Positions 19,018 to 28,942 of a stretch of DNA of 64,000 nucleotides are shown here, piece by piece. Each line of letters starts with the position of its first letter. Position 1 is the first letter of the stretch. Where the stretch lies: the sequence record PV400809.1. The stretch is one strand, 5' to 3'. The translations under genes and the position numbers were made by a program. Below the pieces are notes generated by a model. It searched no databases and was not told the DNA's origin. It saw only the letters and a list, made by a program, of their open reading frames with translations.

Positions 19018-19686
19018 TTACTGCTTGCAGGGTTGGTGCAGGAAGTTCTCCAACACATCCAACGGGGTTTGTTGGAAATCAACCGATCCGCTCTCGAAGT
19101 AAGTTTCTGCTTCCTTCAGCAGGTTCTCAAAGAACTCATCTGTAAACCCATTGTTACCGATCAACTCACTCAGGCTACTGGTGAGGTCAGGGTAGTCCTC
19201 TTCCGGGACACCCGGTTCATCCACACGGTACCCCAGGTAGTTAATCAGGATACGGGCACGATCCCGGGGTTTGTCTTCATCGGTCAGGATATACTCCACC
19301 AGGGTTTTATCAACTCCCAATACACGGGTGGCAACCAATTCGAACAACTGTTCGGAACTGTTCACTTCCATGGTACAAATCTTGTCCACAGTGGCTTTGG
19401 TCAGGACATGTTCATGGGTCAGAGTATGTTTGGACCACATGCCCGGCAGTACCCCCACGGTGTTCATATACAACTTAGCCAGCTTCGCCACATAGATCCG
19501 GACCGCATCGGTTTTCTGAGTGGAAGTAAACACGCCTTTGATGAAATGGATGTCTGTATCAGCATTCTTGGAACGTTCCCATTCCTTCTGGGCGGTTTCC
19601 CACAATACCTGGAGAACATTAAACCCTCCCTTCACCTCACGCAGATGAAGAACCAGGGTTTGGAAATTAAGCTTTTCAATCAACAT
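19018..19686 (-). CDS. Hypothetical protein (222 aa)
   Basis: SD AAGGA; ORF between the protease terminator and a promoter motif. Confidence 0.7.
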   Translation of the reverse strand: MLIEKLNFQTLVLHLREVKGGFNVLQVLWETAQKEWERSKNADTDIHFIKGVFTSTQKTDAVRIYVAKLAKLYMNTVGVLPGMWSKHTLTHEHVLTKATVDKICTMEVNSSEQLFELVATRVLGVDKTLVEYILTDEDKPRDRARILINYLGYRVDEPGVPEEDYPDLTSSLSELIGNNGFTDEFFENLLKEAETYFESGSVDFQQTPLDVLENFLHQPCKQ

Positions 19687-19758
19687 AAGGAAATTCCTTC
19701 TGGTTTAGATAGATAGCCGCAACGGACTATAAGAATAAACAAACAGCTAAAATTAATA

Positions 19759-19790
19759 ACCTAGCCTTGGGGTCTACCCCAAGGCTAGGT
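19759..19790. terminator. 14-bp hairpin ending the vRNAP-protease operon
   Basis: ACCTAGCCTTGGGG-TCTA-CCCCAAGGCTAGGT. Confidence 0.75.
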
Positions 19791-19804
19791 GTGCTGGCTC
19801 AGGC

Positions 19805-20668
19805 TTACCGGAACACATCCAACGAACTGGACACAATCAACCGTGCGGGTTTGGATTGAGCAGGCGTTCGTCTACGGAGATCATCCAGCATTTCCTGTAC
19901 TCGAACAAAGCTTTCTGTACCCGCATAACGTTCCGCCACTTCAGGTGAACGCATCTTCTGATCACAGATGAAGAAGAGCTCTTCCATGGTCGTGGTGAAC
20001 TCCATTTCCCCACCCTCAGCGGAATAGTCGTCCAGAAGGCTCTCCAAGCCCGCTGTGAGGTGTTTACAGGCACGGAGTATACCCTGCTCTATGACAGCGT
20101 CATACGTGCTCCAGTAGTCCACCTCGCGCGTTTTATCGCCAAAGTTCTGAGGCTTGGTTACCGTACGGATACTAAACGCCGTATTAATATCCGGATTATC
20201 CAGACTTTCTTGCAGCAGTTGTTTATGGTGTGGGTTCTTCGCCCACGGAATCACTTCAATGTCGTTGTAAACCGGATCATTCGGTCCACCCGTAAAGATC
20301 CAATGAACTTTACGAATATGACCACAGACATTATCAAAATCAATGGTCCGAAGACGGTTAATCCATTCGAAGAGATCCGTGATCTGCTTGCGAACCACTT
20401 CCCCATTGACCAAGATCTTGTAATACTGGGGTGGATGACCGATTTCACAATACATCTGACCTTCGTTCACCCGACGGTCAAAATCACTGCCTGGACGGGC
20501 ACACTCACGAATGTAGTCATTCACACGATAGGTAATACCGGAACGGTTAGGGATATTGAACCCCCCCGCATTGATCCGGTAGTACCCCGAACTGTCCATG
20601 GGTTTGAGAATACCCCGTTTACCACTGTTCGCCAGCAGGGTATTCTCAAAGGTTAAAGTATTACTCAT
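19805..20668 (-). CDS. Prohead (head maturation) serine protease, phiKZ gp175-like
   Basis: YCEIGHP (catalytic His), TIDFDNVCGHI, AFSIRT (catalytic Ser); position matches phiKZ gp175. Confidence 0.85.
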   Translation of the reverse strand: MSNTLTFENTLLANSGKRGILKPMDSSGYYRINAGGFNIPNRSGITYRVNDYIRECARPGSDFDRRVNEGQMYCEIGHPPQYYKILVNGEVVRKQITDLFEWINRLRTIDFDNVCGHIRKVHWIFTGGPNDPVYNDIEVIPWAKNPHHKQLLQESLDNPDINTAFSIRTVTKPQNFGDKTREVDYWSTYDAVIEQGILRACKHLTAGLESLLDDYSAEGGEMEFTTTMEELFFICDQKMRSPEVAERYAGTESFVRVQEMLDDLRRRTPAQSKPARLIVSSSLDVFR

Positions 20669-21389
20669 CTGGGACCCCTTTAACGATCATTTCCAGATCG
20701 GTTACTTTGGTGTCTTGCTTGATAATAGCAGCCACCGTGTTGTCTTGGAGGAAACCTCCGGTGAGTTTCAAGTAGGTGCCGTCAATCAGCATCGAGCTGT
20801 TATTCAACCCTACCCATACCGGAGGGCGACCGTCTAGCATGGCTTGACTGTTACGATACGGATTATCCAGGTTATCCGGATCCCGCATCATAACAGAATT
20901 AAAGATCCGCATGTGTTGCGGCGTATCACCGACTTCACTGCCTGATTGTATCTTGGCGTTATCAAACAAGGAAGTGACATCATTGTCTGATAAGTACCAA
21001 GGAATCTTCGCGTAGAGGTCAAACTCAGTGAAATAGAAGTAGGGCTTATTGGGGTCTTGGATATACCGAAGGTTCTCAATAAGGGTATCCCCTTCTTCAA
21101 ACTCCAGGATAAGGTACTGAACACCATCAATACCCGTCTCCCGAACGTTCATAGGGGCCATTGTGACATCCGTCAACGCCACCCAAGGGGAGTAACACTC
21201 CCCCGGAATGACAACACCCGCCACTAACGTAGTGGTCACTTTATCCCCAATAAACGCTAACCCATGTTCAGTAAAACGTTTGGGAATATGAACTTCCAAA
21301 GGACGATTCGCAGTGACACTGTGATCGTCGTGGAGGGTGTACGCCTTACGGATCTTACTTCGGTCTCGTACGAGAGAAGTAACGTCCAT
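20661..21389 (-). CDS. Virion protein (242 aa), phiKZ gp176-like position
   Basis: Overlaps the protease start; synteny. Confidence 0.7.
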   Translation of the reverse strand: MDVTSLVRDRSKIRKAYTLHDDHSVTANRPLEVHIPKRFTEHGLAFIGDKVTTTLVAGVVIPGECYSPWVALTDVTMAPMNVRETGIDGVQYLILEFEEGDTLIENLRYIQDPNKPYFYFTEFDLYAKIPWYLSDNDVTSLFDNAKIQSGSEVGDTPQHMRIFNSVMMRDPDNLDNPYRNSQAMLDGRPPVWVGLNNSSMLIDGTYLKLTGGFLQDNTVAAIIKQDTKVTDLEMIVKGVPDE

Positions 21390-21392
21390 TCA

Positions 21393-22943
21393 TTAAACTC
21401 CCAGCAGTTCACCTACCAGCAGTTCGATCAACGCCCCATGGAGGCGTTCACGCTTGCTGTTGAGGTTGTCTTCCTCACCGAGCTTAACAAAGGTCAGTTC
21501 AATGATCTCCGCAGCCAGTTCACACCCCAACAACTTCAAGAAGTTAGGGACGAGTTTGGTTTGGAAGATGACCTCTTTCGCCCGTTGAGCCTCAATCTCC
21601 ATGCTCACAGGTTCAACGCCACTGCTCTTGCGGACATCATTCTCGTAGAGGGTGTAGAGAACGTCCAGGTCACCGCTCAGGTTCTCTTCAATGAGGGTAC
21701 GGACCGAAGACCCTTCTGCATCCAAATGCTCATACAACGCCGCCCGAGCTTCTTCCCGTTCATTCAGGAACTGAACAATAGCCCCAACACTGTTGTTAAT
21801 GAAATGTTTACGGGCATCTTGGTTCAGTGGACGGTGAATACCCTCGAAGTAGTCAGCCGTCAAGTTTTTAACCAGGTCAGGGTTATTGATGAGGTCCAGG
21901 AAGCCATTCGGACGACCAGTGAGACGCCCATAGATCGAGGCGATCACACAGTCGTTCAAACTCCCCCCATTACCCGTTACCGTCTTGAGGACCTCATCGC
22001 TGTAATACACGACGACATTACCACTCAATCCCTTAACGGTAACGTCCAGGGCATCAACCGGTTTAAAGTCCACCAACTTAGAGGCTTCAGCCTCGTAGAT
22101 GGCCGCTTTACGGTTACGGTAGAGTTGAACCGTGTTCTTCAACGCAATGAGGTAATGGGTCATCCCATTCCACAACAGGTTGATATACGCCCGGTAATCC
22201 TCCAGCGACCCCTTAACCAGGAACGCCGGGTCTTCCTGACTGTACATCTTCGTCAAGATCACGTAGGTCTTCAGCAGCAGGTTAAGACGTACCGATTTCA
22301 CACGCGTAAAGTCAAAGGTCGCCTCACCCTTGTAGTGGAAAAGGGATTTGAGATCGGCCAGCATCGTAATCGCGTAGAACGCGTACACGATATCTTCGAG
22401 TTTGGAATCCAGGATGGCATTAATCTCTGGGTGAGACGTGGCCACATAATCCCGGATCTCCTGTTCCGTTGCGAATTCAAACTCCAACCGTTTCAGAACA
22501 TCCAGACCCACACTATCAAACGATAGTGCCTTGTTCTTGACTTCAGTGGGATAAATAGCCGAGTCAAAGAACGGATCCGAGACATTGATGTACGTGATAT
22601 TGAAATGACGCAACGACGCCCAGTTCAGATCACTTCGGCTGTACAACAGACCCACTTTCTCCTGGACGGCGTCCGCCATCGGGACGCCGTAGGACTTCAC
22701 CATCTCGAACGCACCGCGGATGGTCTCAGCGGCTTTGTCACTCCCCGCCTCAATCGCTGCCGAATGCTCCGTGATCTCGGAAGTCACTTCAACCACCTTA
22801 TCCCGGAAGTCCTCCTCGTACGGGAACGCCCCATAACTCAGGGTATTCAACCCCTGAAGGATCGGGGTGGATGGGACTACAGTGCCTTCAGGGAGCGCGA
22901 CGGCGATGTTCTCTGCCAACGCCAGGCTGTCCTTACTGATCAT
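21393..22943 (-). CDS. Virion protein (516 aa), phiKZ gp177-like position
   Basis: Long ORF; synteny. Confidence 0.7.
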   Translation of the reverse strand: MISKDSLALAENIAVALPEGTVVPSTPILQGLNTLSYGAFPYEEDFRDKVVEVTSEITEHSAAIEAGSDKAAETIRGAFEMVKSYGVPMADAVQEKVGLLYSRSDLNWASLRHFNITYINVSDPFFDSAIYPTEVKNKALSFDSVGLDVLKRLEFEFATEQEIRDYVATSHPEINAILDSKLEDIVYAFYAITMLADLKSLFHYKGEATFDFTRVKSVRLNLLLKTYVILTKMYSQEDPAFLVKGSLEDYRAYINLLWNGMTHYLIALKNTVQLYRNRKAAIYEAEASKLVDFKPVDALDVTVKGLSGNVVVYYSDEVLKTVTGNGGSLNDCVIASIYGRLTGRPNGFLDLINNPDLVKNLTADYFEGIHRPLNQDARKHFINNSVGAIVQFLNEREEARAALYEHLDAEGSSVRTLIEENLSGDLDVLYTLYENDVRKSSGVEPVSMEIEAQRAKEVIFQTKLVPNFLKLLGCELAAEIIELTFVKLGEEDNLNSKRERLHGALIELLVGELLGV

Positions 22944-23116
22944 TGGTTCGCTCCTTGTTTAACAACACGCTTCGTGAGGGCCTTGCTGATCTTCTCAGCC
23001 TGAATACTGGGATCCAGCGGCGCAATGTACTCCAGTCCTACCTTACGGATCGTCTGTTTAACGAACTCCGCGGTATTCGCCAGTGCAATGACATTGTTGA
23101 TTAGTTCTGCTTTCAC
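22940..23116 (-). CDS. Small protein (58 aa, GTG start), not in ORF track
   Basis: SD AGGAG 9 nt before GTG; MKAELINNVIALANTAEFVKQTIRKVGLEYIAPLDPSIQAEKISKALTKRVVKQGANQ; ATGA overlap with next gene. Confidence 0.75.
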   Translation of the reverse strand: MKAELINNVIALANTAEFVKQTIRKVGLEYIAPLDPSIQAEKISKALTKRVVKQGANQ

Positions 23117-23147
23117 AGGGAAACTCTCCTACGGAAAAGAAGGTGAA

Positions 23148-24026
23148 TCAATACGAAATAACGTGACGATTTTCAGGCAACAGACCTTTGTAATACGTGG
23201 TGTACAATGTAGAAGAAATTTCACCCAGGGTGATCTTACCATCCTTATCTACATCGAACCCCTTGTTCTGGAGATACGCTTTACTCCCCTGAAGGAAGAG
23301 GACTTCATCCGCCTTCTTACCTACTGAGGCCGGATGGAAGATCGTCAGATAGAAATCTTCCAACTGGGTATACCGCTTACCCCGTTTCATCCACATTTCG
23401 AAGTACTTGAAGACCAGATCCAATTGAGTCAACTGATCCATGGATCGAATCACACTCAACGGAACATTCAAATCATTGGCGGCTGGACTCATGAATTGAA
23501 TCAACCCGTACGCTTCAGAACCTGCCGCATTCTTAATAGATGGACTGAATGTCTGACCGGTCTCAAAAGCCATACAGGACATCAGCCAATGAGGCGCTCG
23601 GTGATTCGGTACATGAACACCGCACCAATCCTTCACTTTCGCCGTAAAGGCAGGACTGACTTTACCGCTCCACGCAATGTCGTAGGTCGGCGTGCGGTAA
23701 CGCTCCTTGTACACCTCGAATGCCTTATCCAAGCCACTCAAGGTCCCATTCCCCCAAATACCATCCACAGTCAGGGAATAGAGACCCAAGAAGGCCAGAT
23801 TACGCTGGAGCGCTGTAATGACGTTATAACCACTGGCATCCGAGGTGGTGGGGAGACCGATACCTCCGGTATTCTTACCCACCACCTCGGCATACCCCCG
23901 GAGCAGGGTTTCAGTGGAGGAGGAAGTTCCCTTCCCCCACACACCGTCAATCTGCCCGGTATAAAGACCCAGTTCCTTGACCAATGCTTGCAGGTCTCGG
24001 TAACCGTTCTTCGTCCGGAAGTTCAT
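23148..24026 (-). CDS. Modular endolysin (EL188-like): N-terminal peptidoglycan-binding repeats plus lytic transglycosylase-like domain
   Basis: IDGVWGKGT and VDGIWGNGT PG-binding repeats; CMAFETG with Glu155; GLIQFM; 292 aa; matches my recollection of EL188. Confidence 0.95.
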   Translation of the reverse strand: MNFRTKNGYRDLQALVKELGLYTGQIDGVWGKGTSSSTETLLRGYAEVVGKNTGGIGLPTTSDASGYNVITALQRNLAFLGLYSLTVDGIWGNGTLSGLDKAFEVYKERYRTPTYDIAWSGKVSPAFTAKVKDWCGVHVPNHRAPHWLMSCMAFETGQTFSPSIKNAAGSEAYGLIQFMSPAANDLNVPLSVIRSMDQLTQLDLVFKYFEMWMKRGKRYTQLEDFYLTIFHPASVGKKADEVLFLQGSKAYLQNKGFDVDKDGKITLGEISSTLYTTYYKGLLPENRHVISY

Positions 24027-24028
24027 CG

Positions 24029-27000
24029 TTATTTACCTCTGTAGAGTTTAATGGCTTGGCGAGTGATCTGGAAACCATACTCATTAGCAACCAGCTTGTT
24101 CCTCAAACTGAGTACCATTCGGTTAAACATCCCTTTAAAGCTCGACTTCACATCAATTACAATCCCACTGGCAGTCTTAAGCGGTCTTTCCATGATACGA
24201 CCCACAGTGGCTTTCATCTGGTTCCCAATGACATACTTATCCGCATTGGTACTCGGGTCTAACGACTCGATGTAGAACGTAATGAATGCCTTACCTGGAC
24301 CTAACATGGGACGATTAAGATTGAACATCGTGGAAATGGCATTGTTCTCGACACCGGTTCCTTCCACCAACCCTTTCCGTTTCGTTTCCTTATCCTTCTG
24401 AACAATGAACGAACGGAACGAGTCAGACATCTTGTCTAAGGGAGAGTTGTACCGAACATCGATGTGTACGATCTTTCCATGATGCTTCGAACGGATCTGT
24501 TTGATACCGAGTTTGTTGATGTCTGCTTCGAGCTCAGGAAGCTCCTCGCCCTCCACCAAGTGAGGCTCTTCGATATCACATAAAATCGTGTCCTGTTCGA
24601 CGTAATCTCCTACCTTAACCCGCATCACCAGGTTGTTTGACACGTCCTCGGCAAACCGACTGGGTTTAATGAATGGGGTACGTGCTTCCATGGCCAATTC
24701 TTTCGAAATTGCAATAGAGTCCTCGTACACATCCTGGTCTTCCACCATAACGATCTGGCACATCTTACCCATCTTAACCCCGACCTGCCCTGGGCAGAAG
24801 GGGTCTCGACCGAACCAGTTTTCATCCCAGCCGATGACATCTCCCTTACGGAAGGTATCTCCGACCTTCAGATCCGTGGTACGGTTATGAGGATGGTATT
24901 CCCCACTGGCTTCTCCAATCACCAACCCCAAGGGGTACGAGTCCGTTGTTCCATCCTTGTATTCGACGAGTAAGCGATCGTTCTCCACTTTAGTGACCTT
25001 ACCATCTTCAGCGGCTACTTTGCTGTAAAGATCGGAGGTCCGGTGGGCCAGTACGTTCTCGTAACCCGTTCTCAGGGTAACGATCTCGTAGTTCTTAGCC
25101 ATCACTGCTTGAGAGGCCTGAGTCGATGTGAATACTGCTCGCTTCACATCGTCATGCGTTCCACCGTACATCAGGTTCATGGTAACCGAACCGTCACCGG
25201 TAGGGGTACGTTTGTTCTTGGGATCAACATTGCCTCGGAAATCAGCGATACCCGGATCAGAGGTGGTGTAGGTCACATACCCCACTTTACCACTGTCCTT
25301 GTTGGCTTCACTGATGACCCCTTTGTAACTCTCCAGCTGAGTCCGTGCGCGTTTGACCATGGTGATTTCACTACGACCACCTGTTCCACCAAACGTCACT
25401 TCCTCTTGGTCCTTCACTTGGTGAACCGGATTCACTTCTTCCACCAAGTTCGTAGACCGGTCAGTACCAATGGCAATAATAACCGCATCCGGGTTAAAGT
25501 CCAGTTTGTGTTTACGCCCTTTCCCTTTATTCCGGTATTGACGAATGGACTTTACAAATTCCGTGTAGAGATGACCTGCGAAGCGTTCATACCCTACAAT
25601 GCGCTGCTCTTCAATCTCCACCTCGTGCCGACTGTAATCCGTTTCCAATGCCTTAGCTGCATCAATCAGCAAGTAATGGAAGTCTTCAGACAGCTTCATC
25701 TCTTTCAAAAGGTCTTTCGTAATGGGATCAATAAAGAGATCGAAGAGGTTCTTCATTTCCTGGAACTGAGATGGACGAACCCGAGGGTCTCCCATCAACG
25801 CACTCCAGATACTGTTATTATTCAAATCACTCCGACTGAAGTTACTGATGTTGTTCAACTTCGGCATTCCACCAAAGATCAACGTGGTGAGCTTCTCCCG
25901 ACGGTTAAAGATCAAGTATTCGTCATTGAACTGAATCGCGTATTCATCCTCCGTCAATTTAGGGCGAGTCCCTACGGGTACCGAACGCGTCGTGGCTTTA
26001 ATCACCCGCAACAGTTCATCAATACCGAAGTAGAAGCACAGGACCACTCCCAACGGAAACGAATACCCGCTGATGTTAATCACCACGTGTTCCAAAGGCG
26101 CTTTACGAACATCAATACCGAGCAAGTCTTCAACAGTACCGAGTTCCTCTTCCCCTTTGTACAGGTTACCGTAATCATCAATGATCAAAGGTAATCCGTC
26201 CTTTACCCCAATCAAGAACCGATCAGGGCGGGTATAGGCTTTGAACTCAGGGTGGAGTTCCAGGAGATCCTTCAACCGGAAGTCCAATACCAACCCGTCG
26301 ACAGTAATGTACTTGTACTGACGGGCCAGAATGCTGTAAATCCGAGGGGCTTTAAGGGAGCGATCCCAAGTACTGCCTTTAGTGACCGTATACCCTTTCC
26401 GTTTACTCTGGAGGGAGATTTGCTTCACCATGAACGTAGAGAGGTTATCCACCATCTTCGGACTACGACTCACCATGAGCTTACGGTCATAATAGCTCGA
26501 CAGCACCACTTCCCGGGGACTGATCTTCCGGAAGGGTTTCTCCCGACGTTGCAGTTGCATGTGTTGCTTAACACCATCAATGACGTAGGTGCCGTCTTTC
26601 AGCACCGTAGGCAGCCGAGTATGTACAGTGACCTGATCACCATTGACTTCGTGCAACTGAATGCTGTGGACCTCGTAACTGCCTTCTACGCTGACGACCT
26701 TCTCACGCCGGTAGTCGTTCATCGCAAAGCCAGCGTTCTGAAGACCCAACACCATTCGACCAATATCCCGGTGTAAAAACTTCTGAGGATATTCGATCTT
26801 GAGGGATTTGGCACGACTCCGCAACATGCTCTCATCCAGTACGGGGAGAAACTCACCTTCAATCTCTCCACCCAGGTCTTTAACCTCTTCGGGTTTAATC
26901 TGAATGAACTCTTCGAACGTTTGACCGTTCTCCATTTCAATGTGTTGATAACGGGTCGCTTTACGCATGAAGAAATCATGTTCAGCTACCGTCAGCGTAC

Positions 27001-28348
27001 CTTCCTTAGCCCGCTCCTCTAACGCCCGCTTTACACCACTCTCAGGCGTCTTAAACACATTCTTGTTGGTATTGATCTCGGTTTGGACTTTCTCCACCTC
27101 CAGCAGTTCATCATCTACCGGCGATGTCCACTCTTCAAGATTTGAATCAGCACCTCGTTCTCCCGCTGTGTCTTGCTCTTCGTCATGTGCCTCGCCAGGT
27201 CCTTCACTTCGGCTGAAAACATCAAGGATAGAACCAGCAGGACGATCAGCACGGGGAACCGTGCCCGAGCCAGTATGGTCTCGGGTTTCTGGAAGATTGG
27301 ATGTTTCTTCTTCTTCTTCTCGTGACGTTCCCGCAGCCACTTGGTCAACGGTACCTTTCTCTCCGGCAATTGGGATGACATTTTTCGTTTCCTCTTTAAT
27401 GAGTACATTCTCAGGAACGCCTCCACGAGAAAGATTCATCAAAGCCAAATAGAAACGTTTAACCGCATTATGGCGGGTCAATGTCTTCAGACTTTCAAAC
27501 TCTTTCCGAGCAGAGGGGTAGGTTTTCTCGTCTTTAGGATTTGTCTCATCTAACCAACCCTTCAACAGCCCCAGTTGTACTACAATGACTTTACTTTGAG
27601 ACGTAAAGAGGATATGCAAATCCTTATACGCCTGGTCAGTGAGTTTACCGAACAAACTGAACGAATACTGGCCAAACAGGAACCCCAGTAGGTCCAACAG
27701 CCAATAGCAGTTCTCAGCCTTCGTACTCTCCAGCATATTGCGCATCAGGACAGGATGGCCGTCCTTAAACCCATCAATAAACCGCCCGTAGTCTTTCTCA
27801 AGCTCAACCAGGGACGGTAGGTTCAACGGCAGGTCAATCCGCATATACTGCCGACGCACCCCTTTCTCGGCTTCTGCATTGATGTTCTCAATGAGCAGGT
27901 GCATCATGTTGTAGTATTTTTCATAATTCACGAAAATACTCGGACGGTAAACGAACCCCTGAGGAATCATCCCGTAGTTCTTAACGACTAGGACGTTCTC
28001 TTTGTTGTACACCGTGCTGATCTCACGCACCCAGCTGTACATGTAGTGACTCGCCCGGTACGCCTTAACCGCCTTAGGGTAGTCATAGGCGACTGTACGC
28101 CCATGCCCCATCACCGGCTTATACCCGTCCCTTACAAACTCAATAAAGACCTCTTTAGGGAAGTTACTGATAAACGCTTCACTACTACCCGGTCCCTTTT
28201 CATTAACCGTCTTCGGTACGAAGTGCAGTAAACTCCCCTTAGGAAGGATCACTTCACCAATACCCAGGACTTTAGGGTTTACAACGTCTTGTTTCTTACG
28301 CAGCACAAAGTGCTTAAAGAACTCGGAATACGTAATTGGATTGCTCAT
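24029..28348 (-). CDS. rpoB: Virion RNA polymerase beta subunit, main part (1439 aa), phiKZ gp178-like
   Basis: EEVTFGGTGGR, SEANKDSGKVGY, HDDVKRAVFTSTQASQ, YEDSIAIS and ADKYVIGNQMKATVG are beta-type motifs. Confidence 0.92.
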   Translation of the reverse strand: MSNPITYSEFFKHFVLRKKQDVVNPKVLGIGEVILPKGSLLHFVPKTVNEKGPGSSEAFISNFPKEVFIEFVRDGYKPVMGHGRTVAYDYPKAVKAYRASHYMYSWVREISTVYNKENVLVVKNYGMIPQGFVYRPSIFVNYEKYYNMMHLLIENINAEAEKGVRRQYMRIDLPLNLPSLVELEKDYGRFIDGFKDGHPVLMRNMLESTKAENCYWLLDLLGFLFGQYSFSLFGKLTDQAYKDLHILFTSQSKVIVVQLGLLKGWLDETNPKDEKTYPSARKEFESLKTLTRHNAVKRFYLALMNLSRGGVPENVLIKEETKNVIPIAGEKGTVDQVAAGTSREEEEETSNLPETRDHTGSGTVPRADRPAGSILDVFSRSEGPGEAHDEEQDTAGERGADSNLEEWTSPVDDELLEVEKVQTEINTNKNVFKTPESGVKRALEERAKEGTLTVAEHDFFMRKATRYQHIEMENGQTFEEFIQIKPEEVKDLGGEIEGEFLPVLDESMLRSRAKSLKIEYPQKFLHRDIGRMVLGLQNAGFAMNDYRREKVVSVEGSYEVHSIQLHEVNGDQVTVHTRLPTVLKDGTYVIDGVKQHMQLQRREKPFRKISPREVVLSSYYDRKLMVSRSPKMVDNLSTFMVKQISLQSKRKGYTVTKGSTWDRSLKAPRIYSILARQYKYITVDGLVLDFRLKDLLELHPEFKAYTRPDRFLIGVKDGLPLIIDDYGNLYKGEEELGTVEDLLGIDVRKAPLEHVVINISGYSFPLGVVLCFYFGIDELLRVIKATTRSVPVGTRPKLTEDEYAIQFNDEYLIFNRREKLTTLIFGGMPKLNNISNFSRSDLNNNSIWSALMGDPRVRPSQFQEMKNLFDLFIDPITKDLLKEMKLSEDFHYLLIDAAKALETDYSRHEVEIEEQRIVGYERFAGHLYTEFVKSIRQYRNKGKGRKHKLDFNPDAVIIAIGTDRSTNLVEEVNPVHQVKDQEEVTFGGTGGRSEITMVKRARTQLESYKGVISEANKDSGKVGYVTYTTSDPGIADFRGNVDPKNKRTPTGDGSVTMNLMYGGTHDDVKRAVFTSTQASQAVMAKNYEIVTLRTGYENVLAHRTSDLYSKVAAEDGKVTKVENDRLLVEYKDGTTDSYPLGLVIGEASGEYHPHNRTTDLKVGDTFRKGDVIGWDENWFGRDPFCPGQVGVKMGKMCQIVMVEDQDVYEDSIAISKELAMEARTPFIKPSRFAEDVSNNLVMRVKVGDYVEQDTILCDIEEPHLVEGEELPELEADINKLGIKQIRSKHHGKIVHIDVRYNSPLDKMSDSFRSFIVQKDKETKRKGLVEGTGVENNAISTMFNLNRPMLGPGKAFITFYIESLDPSTNADKYVIGNQMKATVGRIMERPLKTASGIVIDVKSSFKGMFNRMVLSLRNKLVANEYGFQITRQAIKLYRGK

Positions 28349-28527
28349 ACCTCAATATCCTCTAAGCCGCTCGTCGCTGCTTTAAACATAAAGAGAATCG
28401 GTTCATTGATCGGATCATACAAAAACCGACCTGTACCACTGATGTAATACTCCCGTTTCCCAAAGAGTTCGTAGGCCTGTTGTTTGCTGTCTTCCGCTAC
28501 AACAGAATGGCTCGACAATTGGTCGCC
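28345..28527 (-). CDS. rpoC: vRNAP beta-prime exon 2 (60 aa), not in ORF track
   Basis: After the intron terminal G: GGC GAC CAA... = GDQLSSHSVVAEDSKQQAYELFGKREYYISGTGRFLYDPINEPILFMFKAATSGLEDIEV-stop; stop overlaps the beta ATG; completes DxDGD. Confidence 0.9.
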   Translation of the reverse strand, partial: GDQLSSHSVVAEDSKQQAYELFGKREYYISGTGRFLYDPINEPILFMFKAATSGLEDIEV

Positions 28528-28942
28528 CGCATTGGTCAGTCCATGCTAGGACCCGGCACGCTCAGGTGCCTGCCTGTCTATTAAACAGGGCCAGACTATA
28601 TCTTGACCGTAGGGAATAGGTTTATTCCCCCTTAGGTCTCCTCCACTTCCACCCCCTTCCTTGGTAGGTGTACAGGGTCATAACTCCCTTAGTCGTTGAA
28701 CTTTACGCGTGGGGTCTAACACCCGGTAGCGTCTTAGCGGCTGATTGTCCCTTGTTTACGACCCTTAGCGTTATTGGTTAGCGTAGGTCAGGTCTGCTGT
28801 TCTTTCTACCTTTCGGTCGCATTCACGCTTACTGTTTCCAGTTACGTTGTAGCCAACAGACTTTTGTGAACTCCCAGCAATTCAGAGGAATACGGTCTAG
28901 GACTTTCGTGCCTAGCCGGACTAAGTGATGGATATAAACTCG

